NCBI GenBank assembly: GCA_003599175.1
Contig: QZIY01000013.1
Span: 1-57,289, forward strand
Reading direction: 5' to 3'
DNA from: Candidatus Parcubacteria bacterium
GTDB taxonomy: Bacteria > Patescibacteriota > Minisyncoccia > Phycocordibacterales > UBA2100
Length of the DNA stretch: 57,289 bases
The translations under genes were made by a program, and so were the position numbers. The notes beneath the pieces were generated by a model. That model made no database searches. It was not told the origin of the DNA and worked only from the letters and a program-made list of their open reading frames with translations. Of this stretch, positions 34,464 to 43,455 are shown in pieces. The number at the start of each line of letters is the position of its first letter. Position 1 is the stretch's first letter.

Positions 34464-35609
34464 CTACTCCTCTGGTTCGTGCTCAAGCCCCACATCGAGG
34501 AGCATACGAGCGATTTTACGCGCTGCATCAGGACGTGCAAATTGCTGCGCCGCCTTTTGCATTTTGCCCTTGAGCTCGGCGTTGCCGATAAGACGGTCGA
34601 TTTCGGCCGCAAGAAGATGCGGCGTGAGATTATGCTGCTCGATCACCACTGCAGCGCCCGAACGGGCGTATGAAAAGGCGTTTTCCGTCTGATCATGCGA
34701 GACATCGGGCGGAATGGGCACCAGGATCGCTGGAATGGCCCAGGACGCGATTTCGAAGATGGTACCGCTTCCTGCACGGGCCACGATGATGCTCGCGGCC
34801 CCAGCGGCCATGCGCAAGGAGAGCGTATTCAAGAGGCCAAATGCGCGGTACCGGTCCCCATGCTCCACGCCGCGCAGGACGACGGATGAAATTTTCGTCA
34901 CCTCATCGATATTGGCTTTACCTGTCTGATGCACGACATTGTATTTTTGGAGGAGTTGCGGAAGCGCATCCAAGACGGCTTCATTGATCGCCTTGGCACC
35001 TTGCGATCCGCCCATGAAAAAGACGGTCGGCACCGATGAATCGAGATGCAAGAATTCGTATCCGCCTTCCTTTGCGACGCCCAAAATCTCCTTGCGAATC
35101 GGGTGCCCGGTGCGTGCGATATTGTGGCGGACCTTTTCTGGAAACTCTGCTGCGGCTTCCGGGTGTGCCACGGCGATTGCACGCGCAAACTTTGCCGACC
35201 AGAGCGACACGCGGCCGGGCTTTGCGTCGGCATCATAAATAATGACGGGGATCTTAAGGATGCGTGCCGCGACAAGCGTGGGGAATGCTGCATAACCGCC
35301 CGTGGAGAAGACGACATCGGGATAGATCGAGAAGAGTTGCGGGATGGCGCGGACGATGCCGAATGCGGTACGGAAATAATCGAGGAAATTCAATACGCTG
35401 CCGTAGCGGCGCATGCGGCCGGCCGAGGTAGGTTTGAAAATAATGTTGTGCTCGAAGATCGCTTCGCTATCGAAGACGCTGGGGCTTATGTAGATAAGCT
35501 GCGGCTCCAAGAGTCGCTTTTCTTCACAGATGTCTTCAATCGCCTCCGCAACCGCGATGAGCGGATAGAAATGACCTCCTGTTCCCCCACCGACGAGTGC
35601 GATCTTCAT
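34464..35609 (-). CDS. murG: UDP-GlcNAc:lipid I GlcNAc transferase
   Basis: MKIALVGGGTGGHFYPLIAVAE and the overall MurG pattern. Sits in the dcw context. Confidence 0.95.
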   Translation of the reverse strand: MKIALVGGGTGGHFYPLIAVAEAIEDICEEKRLLEPQLIYISPSVFDSEAIFEHNIIFKPTSAGRMRRYGSVLNFLDYFRTAFGIVRAIPQLFSIYPDVVFSTGGYAAFPTLVAARILKIPVIIYDADAKPGRVSLWSAKFARAIAVAHPEAAAEFPEKVRHNIARTGHPIRKEILGVAKEGGYEFLHLDSSVPTVFFMGGSQGAKAINEAVLDALPQLLQKYNVVHQTGKANIDEVTKISSVVLRGVEHGDRYRAFGLLNTLSLRMAAGAASIIVARAGSGTIFEIASWAIPAILVPIPPDVSHDQTENAFSYARSGAAVVIEQHNLTPHLLAAEIDRLIGNAELKGKMQKAAQQFARPDAARKIARMLLDVGLEHEPEE

Positions 35610-36739
35610 TACCCGCTCATTTTACCACTTTTTGCCCGGAACTTTGACACATTGAGGAGAATTCCCGCGCTCGCGAGCGAGATCATCATGGCGCTACCGC
35701 CTTGCGACACGAAGGTGAGCGGTATACCGGTAAGCGGCACGATAGAAAGCATAGCCGCGATGTTGATGAATGCTTGTGTGACGAGCCCGGCGGATATGCC
35801 TGCGGCAAGGAGTGCGCCAAAAAGATCAGGTGCGTGTGCCGCAATGAAGAAACCGCGAAGCGCGAGCCCGAGGAAGACGAGGATCAGAAGCGCTCCGCCT
35901 GCAAAGCCAAGTTCTTCTCCTGCGACTGCGAAGATCGAGTCGCCCATCGGCTCGGGGAGGTATGTGAATTTTTGTACGCCTTGCCCGAAGCCGCGGCCGA
36001 ATACGCCGCCGGAGCCGATCGCGATGAGTGATTGGCGGATCTGATAGCCCTCCTGCTGCTGATTGTGCGATGGGTTGATGAAGGTGATGATGCGGTCGCG
36101 CACATAGGGGCGGATTGCCGCGAGAAGCGCGAGCGCCAAGAGGCCGGCAAGAATGATGATGAGGATGTCGCGCCAGCGTGCCCCCGCCATGAAAAAGACA
36201 GTGCCAATACCCGCGAGGACGATGCCGAGCGTGCCAAGATCTGGCTGCAAGATAAGGAGCAAGACCGGAAGCGCGATAATCGCAAGAAATCCGCCGACGG
36301 CCCACTGATATGTCGCAATTTTCCCGCGTATAGTGGCAAAGTATGCGGCGGCGGCGATGATACCGGTGATCTTGAGCATTTCCGCGGGTTGAAAGGTGTG
36401 ACCACCGATCAAAATCCAGCGTGTGCCACCGCCATGCGAAAAGCCGAGGCCCGGTACGAAGACGAGCGCGGTGCCGATGATCGCGAGCCCGAAGACGTAT
36501 GGTGCAAACTGCCGCCAGCGGTGGTAGTCGATCTGCATGACCGTCAGGAGAAAGACGAGACCGATACCGAGGCCACCAATGAGATGATTGAACACAACAG
36601 ACGACATGCCTGCCTCCCCTCTCGCGACGAGGCCGAATGCGGCAGAGGTGAAAATCATGGCACCCGCCACGACCAAAAGCGCAATCAACAAAAGCAGAAC
36701 CTTATCGGCTTTGATCCGAGGGGCGCGCATTGCGCTCAT
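35609..36739 (-). CDS. ftsW: SEDS-family peptidoglycan polymerase FtsW/RodA
   Basis: About 10 TM helices with the conserved PEPMGDSIFAVAGEELGF block. Lies between mraY and murG. The tracked ORF opens at GTG 36760; the first ATG is at 36739. Confidence 0.88.
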   Translation of the reverse strand: MSAMRAPRIKADKVLLLLIALLVVAGAMIFTSAAFGLVARGEAGMSSVVFNHLIGGLGIGLVFLLTVMQIDYHRWRQFAPYVFGLAIIGTALVFVPGLGFSHGGGTRWILIGGHTFQPAEMLKITGIIAAAAYFATIRGKIATYQWAVGGFLAIIALPVLLLILQPDLGTLGIVLAGIGTVFFMAGARWRDILIIILAGLLALALLAAIRPYVRDRIITFINPSHNQQQEGYQIRQSLIAIGSGGVFGRGFGQGVQKFTYLPEPMGDSIFAVAGEELGFAGGALLILVFLGLALRGFFIAAHAPDLFGALLAAGISAGLVTQAFINIAAMLSIVPLTGIPLTFVSQGGSAMMISLASAGILLNVSKFRAKSGKMSG

Positions 36740-36770
36740 TGTACCGTATTCGTAAGGCACCGTTCGCTGC

Positions 36771-36883
36771 GAGGCGGCGGAACATTTCCGTGCCTGCGGG
36801 GCTTGTAGCGTCCGATCGTGTCCAGAGGCACGATAGGCGCTACTTCGGACAAAGTCCTCGTCACAGAAACGTTCCGCCGCCTC
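36771..36883. repeat. structured intergenic element SIE-3 (113 nt) between mraY and ftsW
   Basis: Outer stem GAGGCGGCGGAAC/GTTCCGCCGCCTC, core TTTCCGTGCCTGCGGGGCT, inner hairpin TAGCGTCCGATCGTGTC/GCACGATAGGCGCTA, 3' core TTCGGACAAAGTCCTCGTCACAGAAACG. Confidence 0.55.
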
Positions 36884-36886
36884 TCC

Positions 36887-37960
36887 CTACTGCGCTGAAA
36901 GGGCAAAAATCACGCCCATGAATGCAAACATGATCGAGAGCACCCAGTATCGCATTGTGACTTTGTATCCCGGCCAGCCCATTGCCTCGAAGTGATGATG
37001 GAGCGGCGCGATGAGAAAGAGTTTCTTGCCGAATACCTTTTTCCAGAACATTTGCATGAGATTTGAAGCGACGGTCGCGACGAGAAGCGCACCTATGATG
37101 GGGAGCGGCGCGATACCCATCCCTTCCCCTAGGGTGTCTGTCATGAAAACGATTACGCCGAGCGCCAGGGTGAGCGCCATCGTGCCCGTGTCGCTCATGT
37201 AAAAGCGCGCGGGCGGAATGTTGAACCAGAGGAACGCAAGGAGGCCGCCCACCACTGCCCCGCAAAATGCAGCGAGGTCTATTTGATTTTGCATGAAGGC
37301 GATGATCGCGTACGCGGAGAAAATGGAGGCGAAGACGCCGCCGGAGAGCCCGTCGATACCGTCGATCACGCCGGATGCGTAGAGTGATAGAGAAACGAGC
37401 ACGAAAAGCGGCACGATGAGCCAACCGATCTCAAGTGGCACGCCAAATGGAATCGCGACGGTGGTGACATCGAGTTTGAGCCAGAACCACAGCCCGATGA
37501 CGATCGAAAGTCCGAACACAAGGAAGAGGCGGAAGCGGAGCGGCAATCCTTCGCCGCCCGGGCGGATGATGAGCATGTCGTCGATGAAACCCCATATGGC
37601 ACCCACGATGAGCGCCGCGAGCGGGACCCACGTCTCGCTGCGGGAGAGGAAGTTGAGCTGCTCAAATGTCGGAATGGGCAGTATCCATGCGAGTGCGGCG
37701 ATGCCGACGGTGGTGAGAAGAGTGCTCACCCAGATCACGATGCCGCCCATGCGCGGAGCGCGCACCTCGTGCTCCTGGTGCAAGCGGTTGAATTGCTCGG
37801 CTGTAGTGCCATCGAGCGATTTTTTGCCTGCCGCCTTTTTCCAGGTTTTGTATTGGTAGAGATAGTGAGTGACGATAGGAGTGATCGCCATCCCGATAAG
37901 GAACGAGATTGTGGCTGGTACCAATATTTGCAGCGTCGGCGAAATCATGGTCTGTATCAT
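36887..37960 (-). CDS. mraY: phospho-N-acetylmuramoyl-pentapeptide transferase
   Basis: 357-aa polytopic protein with MraY blocks (GGIVIW, DDMLIIR, DGIDGLSGG, APLHHHFE). Confidence 0.95.
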   Translation of the reverse strand: MIQTMISPTLQILVPATISFLIGMAITPIVTHYLYQYKTWKKAAGKKSLDGTTAEQFNRLHQEHEVRAPRMGGIVIWVSTLLTTVGIAALAWILPIPTFEQLNFLSRSETWVPLAALIVGAIWGFIDDMLIIRPGGEGLPLRFRLFLVFGLSIVIGLWFWLKLDVTTVAIPFGVPLEIGWLIVPLFVLVSLSLYASGVIDGIDGLSGGVFASIFSAYAIIAFMQNQIDLAAFCGAVVGGLLAFLWFNIPPARFYMSDTGTMALTLALGVIVFMTDTLGEGMGIAPLPIIGALLVATVASNLMQMFWKKVFGKKLFLIAPLHHHFEAMGWPGYKVTMRYWVLSIMFAFMGVIFALSAQ

Positions 37961-37990
37961 ACCCCGCTTCCTGCCTCGCTAAAAGGCACT

Positions 37991-39121
37991 CTATTGACCC
38001 GATTTGAGTGCCTCCTTCGTCGTCGAAACAAGTTTTCGCATATCGTCGAAGCGTCCGTTTTGGGTCGAGCCAAGGACAACTGCGCTGATGCGGTGCCCCT
38101 CCACCTCAAACACGATTGCGAGATTGCCACCCGCAAGGTCGGTATAGCCGGTTTTGCCCAAAATGGCACCTGGAATGTCGGGAAGCGCCTCATCGGTATT
38201 GATGGCCGTGGATTCGGTGCCGTCGAGCGATTGCAGGCGGAAATTTTCTTTCGTTGTCGCGGCAAAGAGCGCGGAGTTGGTGTTGGCTGCGTGAGCAAAA
38301 AGCTTTGCCATGTCGCGTGCTGATCCATAAGCGCCGGCTTGGGTGGTGCTTTCGTCGAGTCCCGTCGCATTTACAAAGTATGTATGCGTGAGGCCGATGT
38401 TTTGGACGAGCTGATTCATGCGCCATACGGCAGCATCCTCTGCGGGTGCACCCAAGTACCGTTCCTGGATTGATTTTTCGGCCGCAGAAGCAAGGATATC
38501 GGCGCCGGTGTTGGAAGAAACCGCAAGCGTGAAGTCGATCACGTCTTGCAGGCGCCAGCGCTCCCCTTTGCGAAGCTTCTGGCTGGTCTCGTACGGAGAC
38601 GTATCGTATGGAATCGTGATGATGGTCGATTCGGGTAATGCTTCATACACCGCGAGCGTGAGTGGGACTTTGGTGAGCGACGCGAGCGGTAGCGGCGCGT
38701 CCGCATTCAATTCATAGAGTGTACGGTCGTCGGTGAGATCGACGACGATCGCTCCTTTGGCCTGCAACGTGATATTTTCAAAAATCGCGGGCGGGGGTGG
38801 CGGAGGGGGCGGCTCGGGTGTTGCCTGCGCTGCAGCGGCAACCGATACCGGAGCGGTCGGCAGATCGCGCTCCGAGAGAAATACCCACGTAAATGAGGCG
38901 CCTGCAAAGAAAATGAGTACTAAGGAAACGATGCCCGCAGTGCGGCCATCGAGACTATTGTGTATTTGGAGCGCCTTCTCCGCCGGTGTGGGCGCTGGAG
39001 TTTTCGGCTCCTCCAGTTGTGGCTTGGCTTCCACTGCCGGCGCTTCTGGTTTCGGAATTTCCGGAGCCGTCTCCGGTTTCGACTCCTCCGTGGTGTACGT
39101 CATTGGTGTTTGATCGTCCAT
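37991..39121 (-). CDS. S11 D-alanyl-D-alanine carboxypeptidase (PBP5/6-like) with Pro/Glu-rich N-terminus and TM anchor
   Basis: SLTK, SSN and KTG motifs in order. Start set at Met 39121. The tracked 509-aa ORF extends further only as antisense/out-of-frame read-through of scpB. Confidence 0.85.
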   Translation of the reverse strand: MDDQTPMTYTTEESKPETAPEIPKPEAPAVEAKPQLEEPKTPAPTPAEKALQIHNSLDGRTAGIVSLVLIFFAGASFTWVFLSERDLPTAPVSVAAAAQATPEPPPPPPPPAIFENITLQAKGAIVVDLTDDRTLYELNADAPLPLASLTKVPLTLAVYEALPESTIITIPYDTSPYETSQKLRKGERWRLQDVIDFTLAVSSNTGADILASAAEKSIQERYLGAPAEDAAVWRMNQLVQNIGLTHTYFVNATGLDESTTQAGAYGSARDMAKLFAHAANTNSALFAATTKENFRLQSLDGTESTAINTDEALPDIPGAILGKTGYTDLAGGNLAIVFEVEGHRISAVVLGSTQNGRFDDMRKLVSTTKEALKSGQ

Positions 39122-39671
39122 TGTGTTCAAACGGCGCCGCAGTCTTTTCGAATGCTGCGAGTTCGGAAGAGATTGTACCATAATCAGGAAGCTCCTCTGC
39201 GGTTTGTACACCGAGATGTGCGAGTAATTCCGTGGTCGCGCGGTAAAGATATTCACGAGAATCCTCCGGGTTCGATACGCGCTCGAGAAGACCGCGCGAA
39301 AGCAGATTGCGGACGGTCGAGCTTGTATTGACGCCGCGGATGTAATCGATTTGCGCGCGCGTGGATGCGCCGCGATAGAGGACGGTCGCCAAGACTTCGA
39401 GCCCGGCTTCGCCGATGTCGCGCTGCAGTTGTTCTTCAAAAGTGGCTTTGATCGTATCGCTGACGCGCGGTGCCGTGACGAGGGCGACTTCCCGCTCCGT
39501 CTGTGCGAGCGCAAGACCACTGCCTTCGATCGCTGCTTTGAGTTCGCTTATCGCTGCTTGCGTCTCGCTTTCGGTGCAGCCGAGAAGCTGCGACAGCTTT
39601 TTCATGCTCAAAGAGCCCCCTTCGATAAAAAGGTAGCTTTGAGCGAGTGCTGCGCGGTCAGATAGTTGCAT
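38955..39671 (-). CDS. scpB: segregation and condensation protein B with a ~55-aa C-terminal tail
   Basis: ScpB pattern (LFIEGGSLSMKKLSQLL...GLALAQTEREVALVT...RGVNTSSTVRNLLSRGLLER). The tail overlaps the dac start out of frame by 167 nt. Confidence 0.85.
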   Translation of the reverse strand: MQLSDRAALAQSYLFIEGGSLSMKKLSQLLGCTESETQAAISELKAAIEGSGLALAQTEREVALVTAPRVSDTIKATFEEQLQRDIGEAGLEVLATVLYRGASTRAQIDYIRGVNTSSTVRNLLSRGLLERVSNPEDSREYLYRATTELLAHLGVQTAEELPDYGTISSELAAFEKTAAPFEHNGRSNTNDVHHGGVETGDGSGNSETRSAGSGSQATTGGAENSSAHTGGEGAPNTQ

Positions 39672-39674
39672 AAA

Positions 39675-39770
39675 GCGTATAGAGTATAGAGTATAGGGTA
39701 TAGGGGGAAATACGAAATACGCAGTAATTGAGTTGGTCTCCCTCCATACTCAATACCCTATACTCCATAC
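39675..39770 (-). repeat. inverted heptad-repeat arrays bridging the scpA stop and the scpB start
   Basis: Plus strand GCGTATAGAGTATAGAGTATAGGGTATAGGGGG (39675-39707) and CCCTCCATACTCAATACCCTATACTCCATAC (39740-39770, contains the scpA stop at 39758-39760). About 25/31 complementary. Confidence 0.65.
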
Positions 39771-40483
39771 TTCGGGACTCCTGCATTCTCTATTTCAATC
39801 TCAATATCAGAAAAGAGTTTTTCTTGCGTCACCGAAGCGGAGCCGCTTCTCACAAGTTCGAGCATTGCGAGGAAGTAGACTATGGTGTCGTGACGATTGG
39901 CTGATTTGGTGAGCTCGCTGAATTTTGCGCGAATGGCGCGTGTGAGGCGGTTGTGCACTTGCTTGATCACGTCTTCGAGTGCGAGGACGGGCGCGACGCT
40001 CGCCTCCGCGAGACTCGCGGGTGTCGGAATGGTCGAAAGAATCCTCTTTGCCGCGGCAAGAAGCGTATCGCGGCGTGATTCTCCCGGGCTAAAGACGAGT
40101 GGCCGCGCAGGCGCGCTTTTGGGGAGCATGAGAGGTTTCGCACCCCAATTTTTCTTCAGAAGTTTCGCTGCCTTGCGGACGAGTGCCAAGCGTGCGAGAC
40201 GTCGCTCAAGCTCATGAACGCTCTCGCGTTCGTCTTCGGTCATCTCCATCGTCGGCAAGAGCGTGCGGGATTTGATCAAGAGAAGCGTCGATGCAACGAG
40301 GATGAATTGCGATGTCTCCGCAAGCGGCAGTTCCGGCAATTTTTCGATGTACGCAAGGTAGCTATCGCACACTTCCGCCATACTCACTTCAGAAATCGAA
40401 AGCTTTCGTCCCTCGATCATGTCGAGAAGCGCCTCAAGCGGCCCCTCAAATTGTTCTCTCTTCAGTACAAACTTTTCAGGCAT
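39758..40483 (-). CDS. scpA: segregation and condensation protein A
   Basis: FEGPLEALLDMIEGRKLSISEVSMAEVCDSYLAYIE is the ScpA N-terminal signature. Confidence 0.9.
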   Translation of the reverse strand: MPEKFVLKREQFEGPLEALLDMIEGRKLSISEVSMAEVCDSYLAYIEKLPELPLAETSQFILVASTLLLIKSRTLLPTMEMTEDERESVHELERRLARLALVRKAAKLLKKNWGAKPLMLPKSAPARPLVFSPGESRRDTLLAAAKRILSTIPTPASLAEASVAPVLALEDVIKQVHNRLTRAIRAKFSELTKSANRHDTIVYFLAMLELVRSGSASVTQEKLFSDIEIEIENAGVPKYGV

Positions 40484-40494
40484 GCCGCTTTCTT

Positions 40495-40749
40495 TTAAGC
40501 GTCCGCGAGCTTGATGTCGCTTTTCTTCGCTATCTGTTTGATCCAGCCGTCGTGGCGGGAAAGCTGCGCGTCGCGGGCGGCGTTTTCGAATGTTTCTTGA
40601 TCTGTTTTAGAAGCTGCACTTTCTTGAATATGCAGAAGTTTGCGCACCATTTCTTCCGTTGGCGCTATTTCTTCACGAACGATAGTTCGGACCCGATCTT
40701 CTGTTACAAAAACTTTCGTTAGCTTGTCGATATCCTTATCGTTCAACAT
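40495..40749 (-). CDS. small coiled-coil protein, distant member of the paralogue family (84 aa)
   Basis: C-terminal RDAQLSRHDGWIKQIAKK aligns loosely with DKDAVTIINHEKRITRIEKR. Tightly packed between aspS and scpA. Confidence 0.5.
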   Translation of the reverse strand: MLNDKDIDKLTKVFVTEDRVRTIVREEIAPTEEMVRKLLHIQESAASKTDQETFENAARDAQLSRHDGWIKQIAKKSDIKLADA

Positions 40750-40770
40750 AAGGCCATAGTAACACAACTG

Positions 40771-42171
40771 CTATTTATCCGACTCTTTTTTTGTCGCGAT
40801 ACCAAGTTCCTTGAGCTGTTTATCGACAAGCGGTTTCGGGGCTTTCATGACTGCCGTCTGACCACCACGGGTCATCGGGAACGCCTGCACTTCACGCAGG
40901 TACGATTCTCCCGTGAGGTTCATCACGTTGCGTTCGATACCAAGCGCGATGCCGCCATGCGGTGGCGCGCCGTATTTGAATGCTTCGAGCATGTGGCCCA
41001 CGCTTGTCTCCGTCTCCTCCGGCGAGTAGCCCATTACCTCGTACGTGGCGCGCAGAATTTCTGGGCGATGCGCACGGATTGAGCCGCCGCCTGTTTCGAA
41101 TCCGTTGCAGACGAGGTCGTACTGCGTGGTCAAAATGTTTGCAATGTCCTCTTTGTTTAAGAGTTTCTCCACGTGCTCTTTGATCGGCATGGAGAACGGA
41201 TTGTGCGTAAAGGTCCAGCCACCCTCGTCGGTTTTTTCGAAGAATGGGAATTTGTAGACCCATGCGTATGCCAAGACACCGCGCGCTTTCTCTTCTTCGG
41301 TGCGAAGATCGAATTTGTCCGCACCAAACTTTTCCATCGCCTCCTGGTAGGTAAATCGCGGGAACGGTTTTTCTTTGATCTCAAAGCCGAGAGACTCTAC
41401 CGTTTCGGTAATCATGCGCTCGATCATGTTCATCACATCCTCCTGCTCCACGAACGACATCTCGATATCTACCTGGCTATGCTCAAAGCCGCGATCGGCA
41501 CGGAGATCTTCGTCGCGCACGCAACGCGCGATTTGGAAGTAGCGCTCAAAGCCGCCGACCATGAGGAGCTGCTTGTACTGCTGTGGTGATTGCGGAAGTG
41601 CGTAGAAGTGGCCCGGGTGGAGGCGTGACGGCACGACGAAATCGCGCGAACCCTCGGGCGTCGATTCGGTGAGAATCGGCGTCTCGATTTCGATGAATTT
41701 ATTTTTAAAGAGGAATTCGCGCACTTTTTGTACAAAGGCGCTTCGCATACGCATATTTTTCTGCATGCGGTCGCTGCGCAAATCGAGATAGCGGTACTTG
41801 AGACGTACCTCCTCCCCTACCCCGGCCGTATCGCTCGAGATGTCGAATGGTACGGGCTCGGATGCATTCAAAATCTCGATCGCTTCGATCTGCAATTCGA
41901 TATCGCCGTTTTGTTTATCGGCCTGGACATTTTTCTCCGGCCGCGCATTGACGAGACCACTCACTTGTACGGCATATTGCTGACGCACATCCTTGGCCAC
42001 ATCCATCGCAGGGCTCTTCGGCAACACGACGCCCTGTACGACGCCGGTCATATCCTTGAAATCGAAGAAAACCATCTTGCCCTGATCGCGACGGACATCT
42101 ACCCAGCCACAAATCGATACTTGCGAGCCAGTGTGTTCTTTCAAATCTCCGATATATACCCGATCTTTCAT
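40771..42171 (-). CDS. aspS: aspartyl-tRNA synthetase, bacterial-type motifs but no GAD insertion (466 aa)
   Basis: OB-fold N-terminus, FQIARCVRDEDLRADR (bacterial AspRS motif 2 region), GGGSIR, and PPHGGIALGIER motif 3. Confidence 0.88.
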   Translation of the reverse strand: MKDRVYIGDLKEHTGSQVSICGWVDVRRDQGKMVFFDFKDMTGVVQGVVLPKSPAMDVAKDVRQQYAVQVSGLVNARPEKNVQADKQNGDIELQIEAIEILNASEPVPFDISSDTAGVGEEVRLKYRYLDLRSDRMQKNMRMRSAFVQKVREFLFKNKFIEIETPILTESTPEGSRDFVVPSRLHPGHFYALPQSPQQYKQLLMVGGFERYFQIARCVRDEDLRADRGFEHSQVDIEMSFVEQEDVMNMIERMITETVESLGFEIKEKPFPRFTYQEAMEKFGADKFDLRTEEEKARGVLAYAWVYKFPFFEKTDEGGWTFTHNPFSMPIKEHVEKLLNKEDIANILTTQYDLVCNGFETGGGSIRAHRPEILRATYEVMGYSPEETETSVGHMLEAFKYGAPPHGGIALGIERNVMNLTGESYLREVQAFPMTRGGQTAVMKAPKPLVDKQLKELGIATKKESDK

Positions 42172-42488
42172 GACAGAGAGGTCGCCGTACTTTTCTTTTC
42201 AAGTACCCCGAGGCGCACCTCGTGATTGCCAAGCTGTGTGCCGTGCTTCACGGTGGTCTCGGCGTCTCTATCAACCGCTTTCGACATAAGATTGATGACT
42301 TCGAGCAGTTCCTCCTTGGCCCTATCCACCTTCCCGTCCACGATTTCTTTCACTTCGTGCAAGACTTCCAGCTTCATATTTTGCAAATCTTCTTTCGTTG
42401 CCATCCGCTCTTCCATTCGTATCGCTCTTTGATCCATCTCCAGAAGGAGTGTATAGATCTTCTCCGTTTTGTCCTCGCCTTCTGCCAT
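42168..42488 (-). CDS. small coiled-coil protein, paralogue family member (106 aa)
   Basis: MSKAVDRDAETTVKHGTQLGNHEVRLGVLEKK matches the family block. Its stop overlaps the aspS ATG (ATGA). Confidence 0.6.
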   Translation of the reverse strand: MAEGEDKTEKIYTLLLEMDQRAIRMEERMATKEDLQNMKLEVLHEVKEIVDGKVDRAKEELLEVINLMSKAVDRDAETTVKHGTQLGNHEVRLGVLEKKSTATSLS

Positions 42489-42500
42489 AATCCAACTATA

Positions 42501-43436
42501 TCACAAGGCCACTCCGACCTTCTTTCGGACGTCTGCCATCTTGGCGGCCGCGAGTGTCTTTGCCTTTTCCTTACCTTCTCGAAGAACCGTCTTCACGTCT
42601 TCGTCCGATATATTCGCGCGGCGCTCACGCATCGGGCCGATGACCGATTCAATATCCTCGACAAGCGCATCCTTGAGCGCCTTGTATTTGCCCTTATTTT
42701 CTTTGTAGAGCGATGAGAGCGCCTCGCCTTTCCTAAAGAGTGCATGGATGTTGTACACGTGCTCCGGGCTCTCCCCTTTTGAATCCGTGACGATGCTCAT
42801 CACGGCTTTGGCGATCTCATCTTTGGTTCCAAAAAGCGGGATCGTATTGCCATAGCTCTTGCTCATTTTCTTGCCGTCGGTACCCGGAATCACACCGACG
42901 CTGGTCATAATGTGTTCCTTGGGCTCTATAAACGTCTCGCCATAGGTATTGTTGAATTTTGCTGCTGCCTCGCGTGCGTATTCTATGTGCTGGCGTTGAT
43001 CTTCGCCTACCGGGACGATGACCGTGTCATACAGCAAAATATCCGCCGCCATAAGCATGGGGTATGTCAGAAGTCCGGCATTGGCCTCGAGACCTTTGGC
43101 GATCTTGTCTTTGTAGGCGTGGCCTTGCTGCAAAAATGGCACAGTCACGAGACAATCAAAGATCCATCCCAGCTCAGTATGCTCGGATACATCGGATTGT
43201 TTGAAGATGATGGCCTTATTTGAATCGACACCGGCTGCAAGATAATCGCGTACGGAATTATAGATGCTCCCGCTCACCTTTTTGGGATCCTTAAGGGATG
43301 TAAGTGAGTGATAGTCGGCGACCATCAAGAGGCTTTCGTATTTGGGATACAAATCGAGAAAAGGTTTCAGTGCGCCAAAATAGTTGCCGATATGCAAATC
43401 CCCCGAAGATTGTAATCCTGTCAAAAGTCGCTGCAT
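42501..43436 (-). CDS. trpS: tryptophanyl-tRNA synthetase
   Basis: MQRLLTGLQSSGDLHIGNYFGA (HIGH-type) and KMSKSYGN. Start set at Met 43436. Confidence 0.95.
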   Translation of the reverse strand: MQRLLTGLQSSGDLHIGNYFGALKPFLDLYPKYESLLMVADYHSLTSLKDPKKVSGSIYNSVRDYLAAGVDSNKAIIFKQSDVSEHTELGWIFDCLVTVPFLQQGHAYKDKIAKGLEANAGLLTYPMLMAADILLYDTVIVPVGEDQRQHIEYAREAAAKFNNTYGETFIEPKEHIMTSVGVIPGTDGKKMSKSYGNTIPLFGTKDEIAKAVMSIVTDSKGESPEHVYNIHALFRKGEALSSLYKENKGKYKALKDALVEDIESVIGPMRERRANISDEDVKTVLREGKEKAKTLAAAKMADVRKKVGVAL

Positions 43437-43455
43437 AACTATGGCTGCTGCAGCA

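Noticed and set aside
35046-36808. Two long plus-strand ORFs (332 and 258 aa)
   Set aside because: They are antisense to murG and ftsW. They have no recognisable motifs and a low-complexity Arg/Asp/Glu content.
37991-39520. 509-aa version of the carboxypeptidase ORF
   Set aside because: The N-terminal 133 codons are an out-of-frame reading of scpB with junk-like Arg/Ser composition. A Met at 39121 gives a sensible anchor plus an S11 domain.
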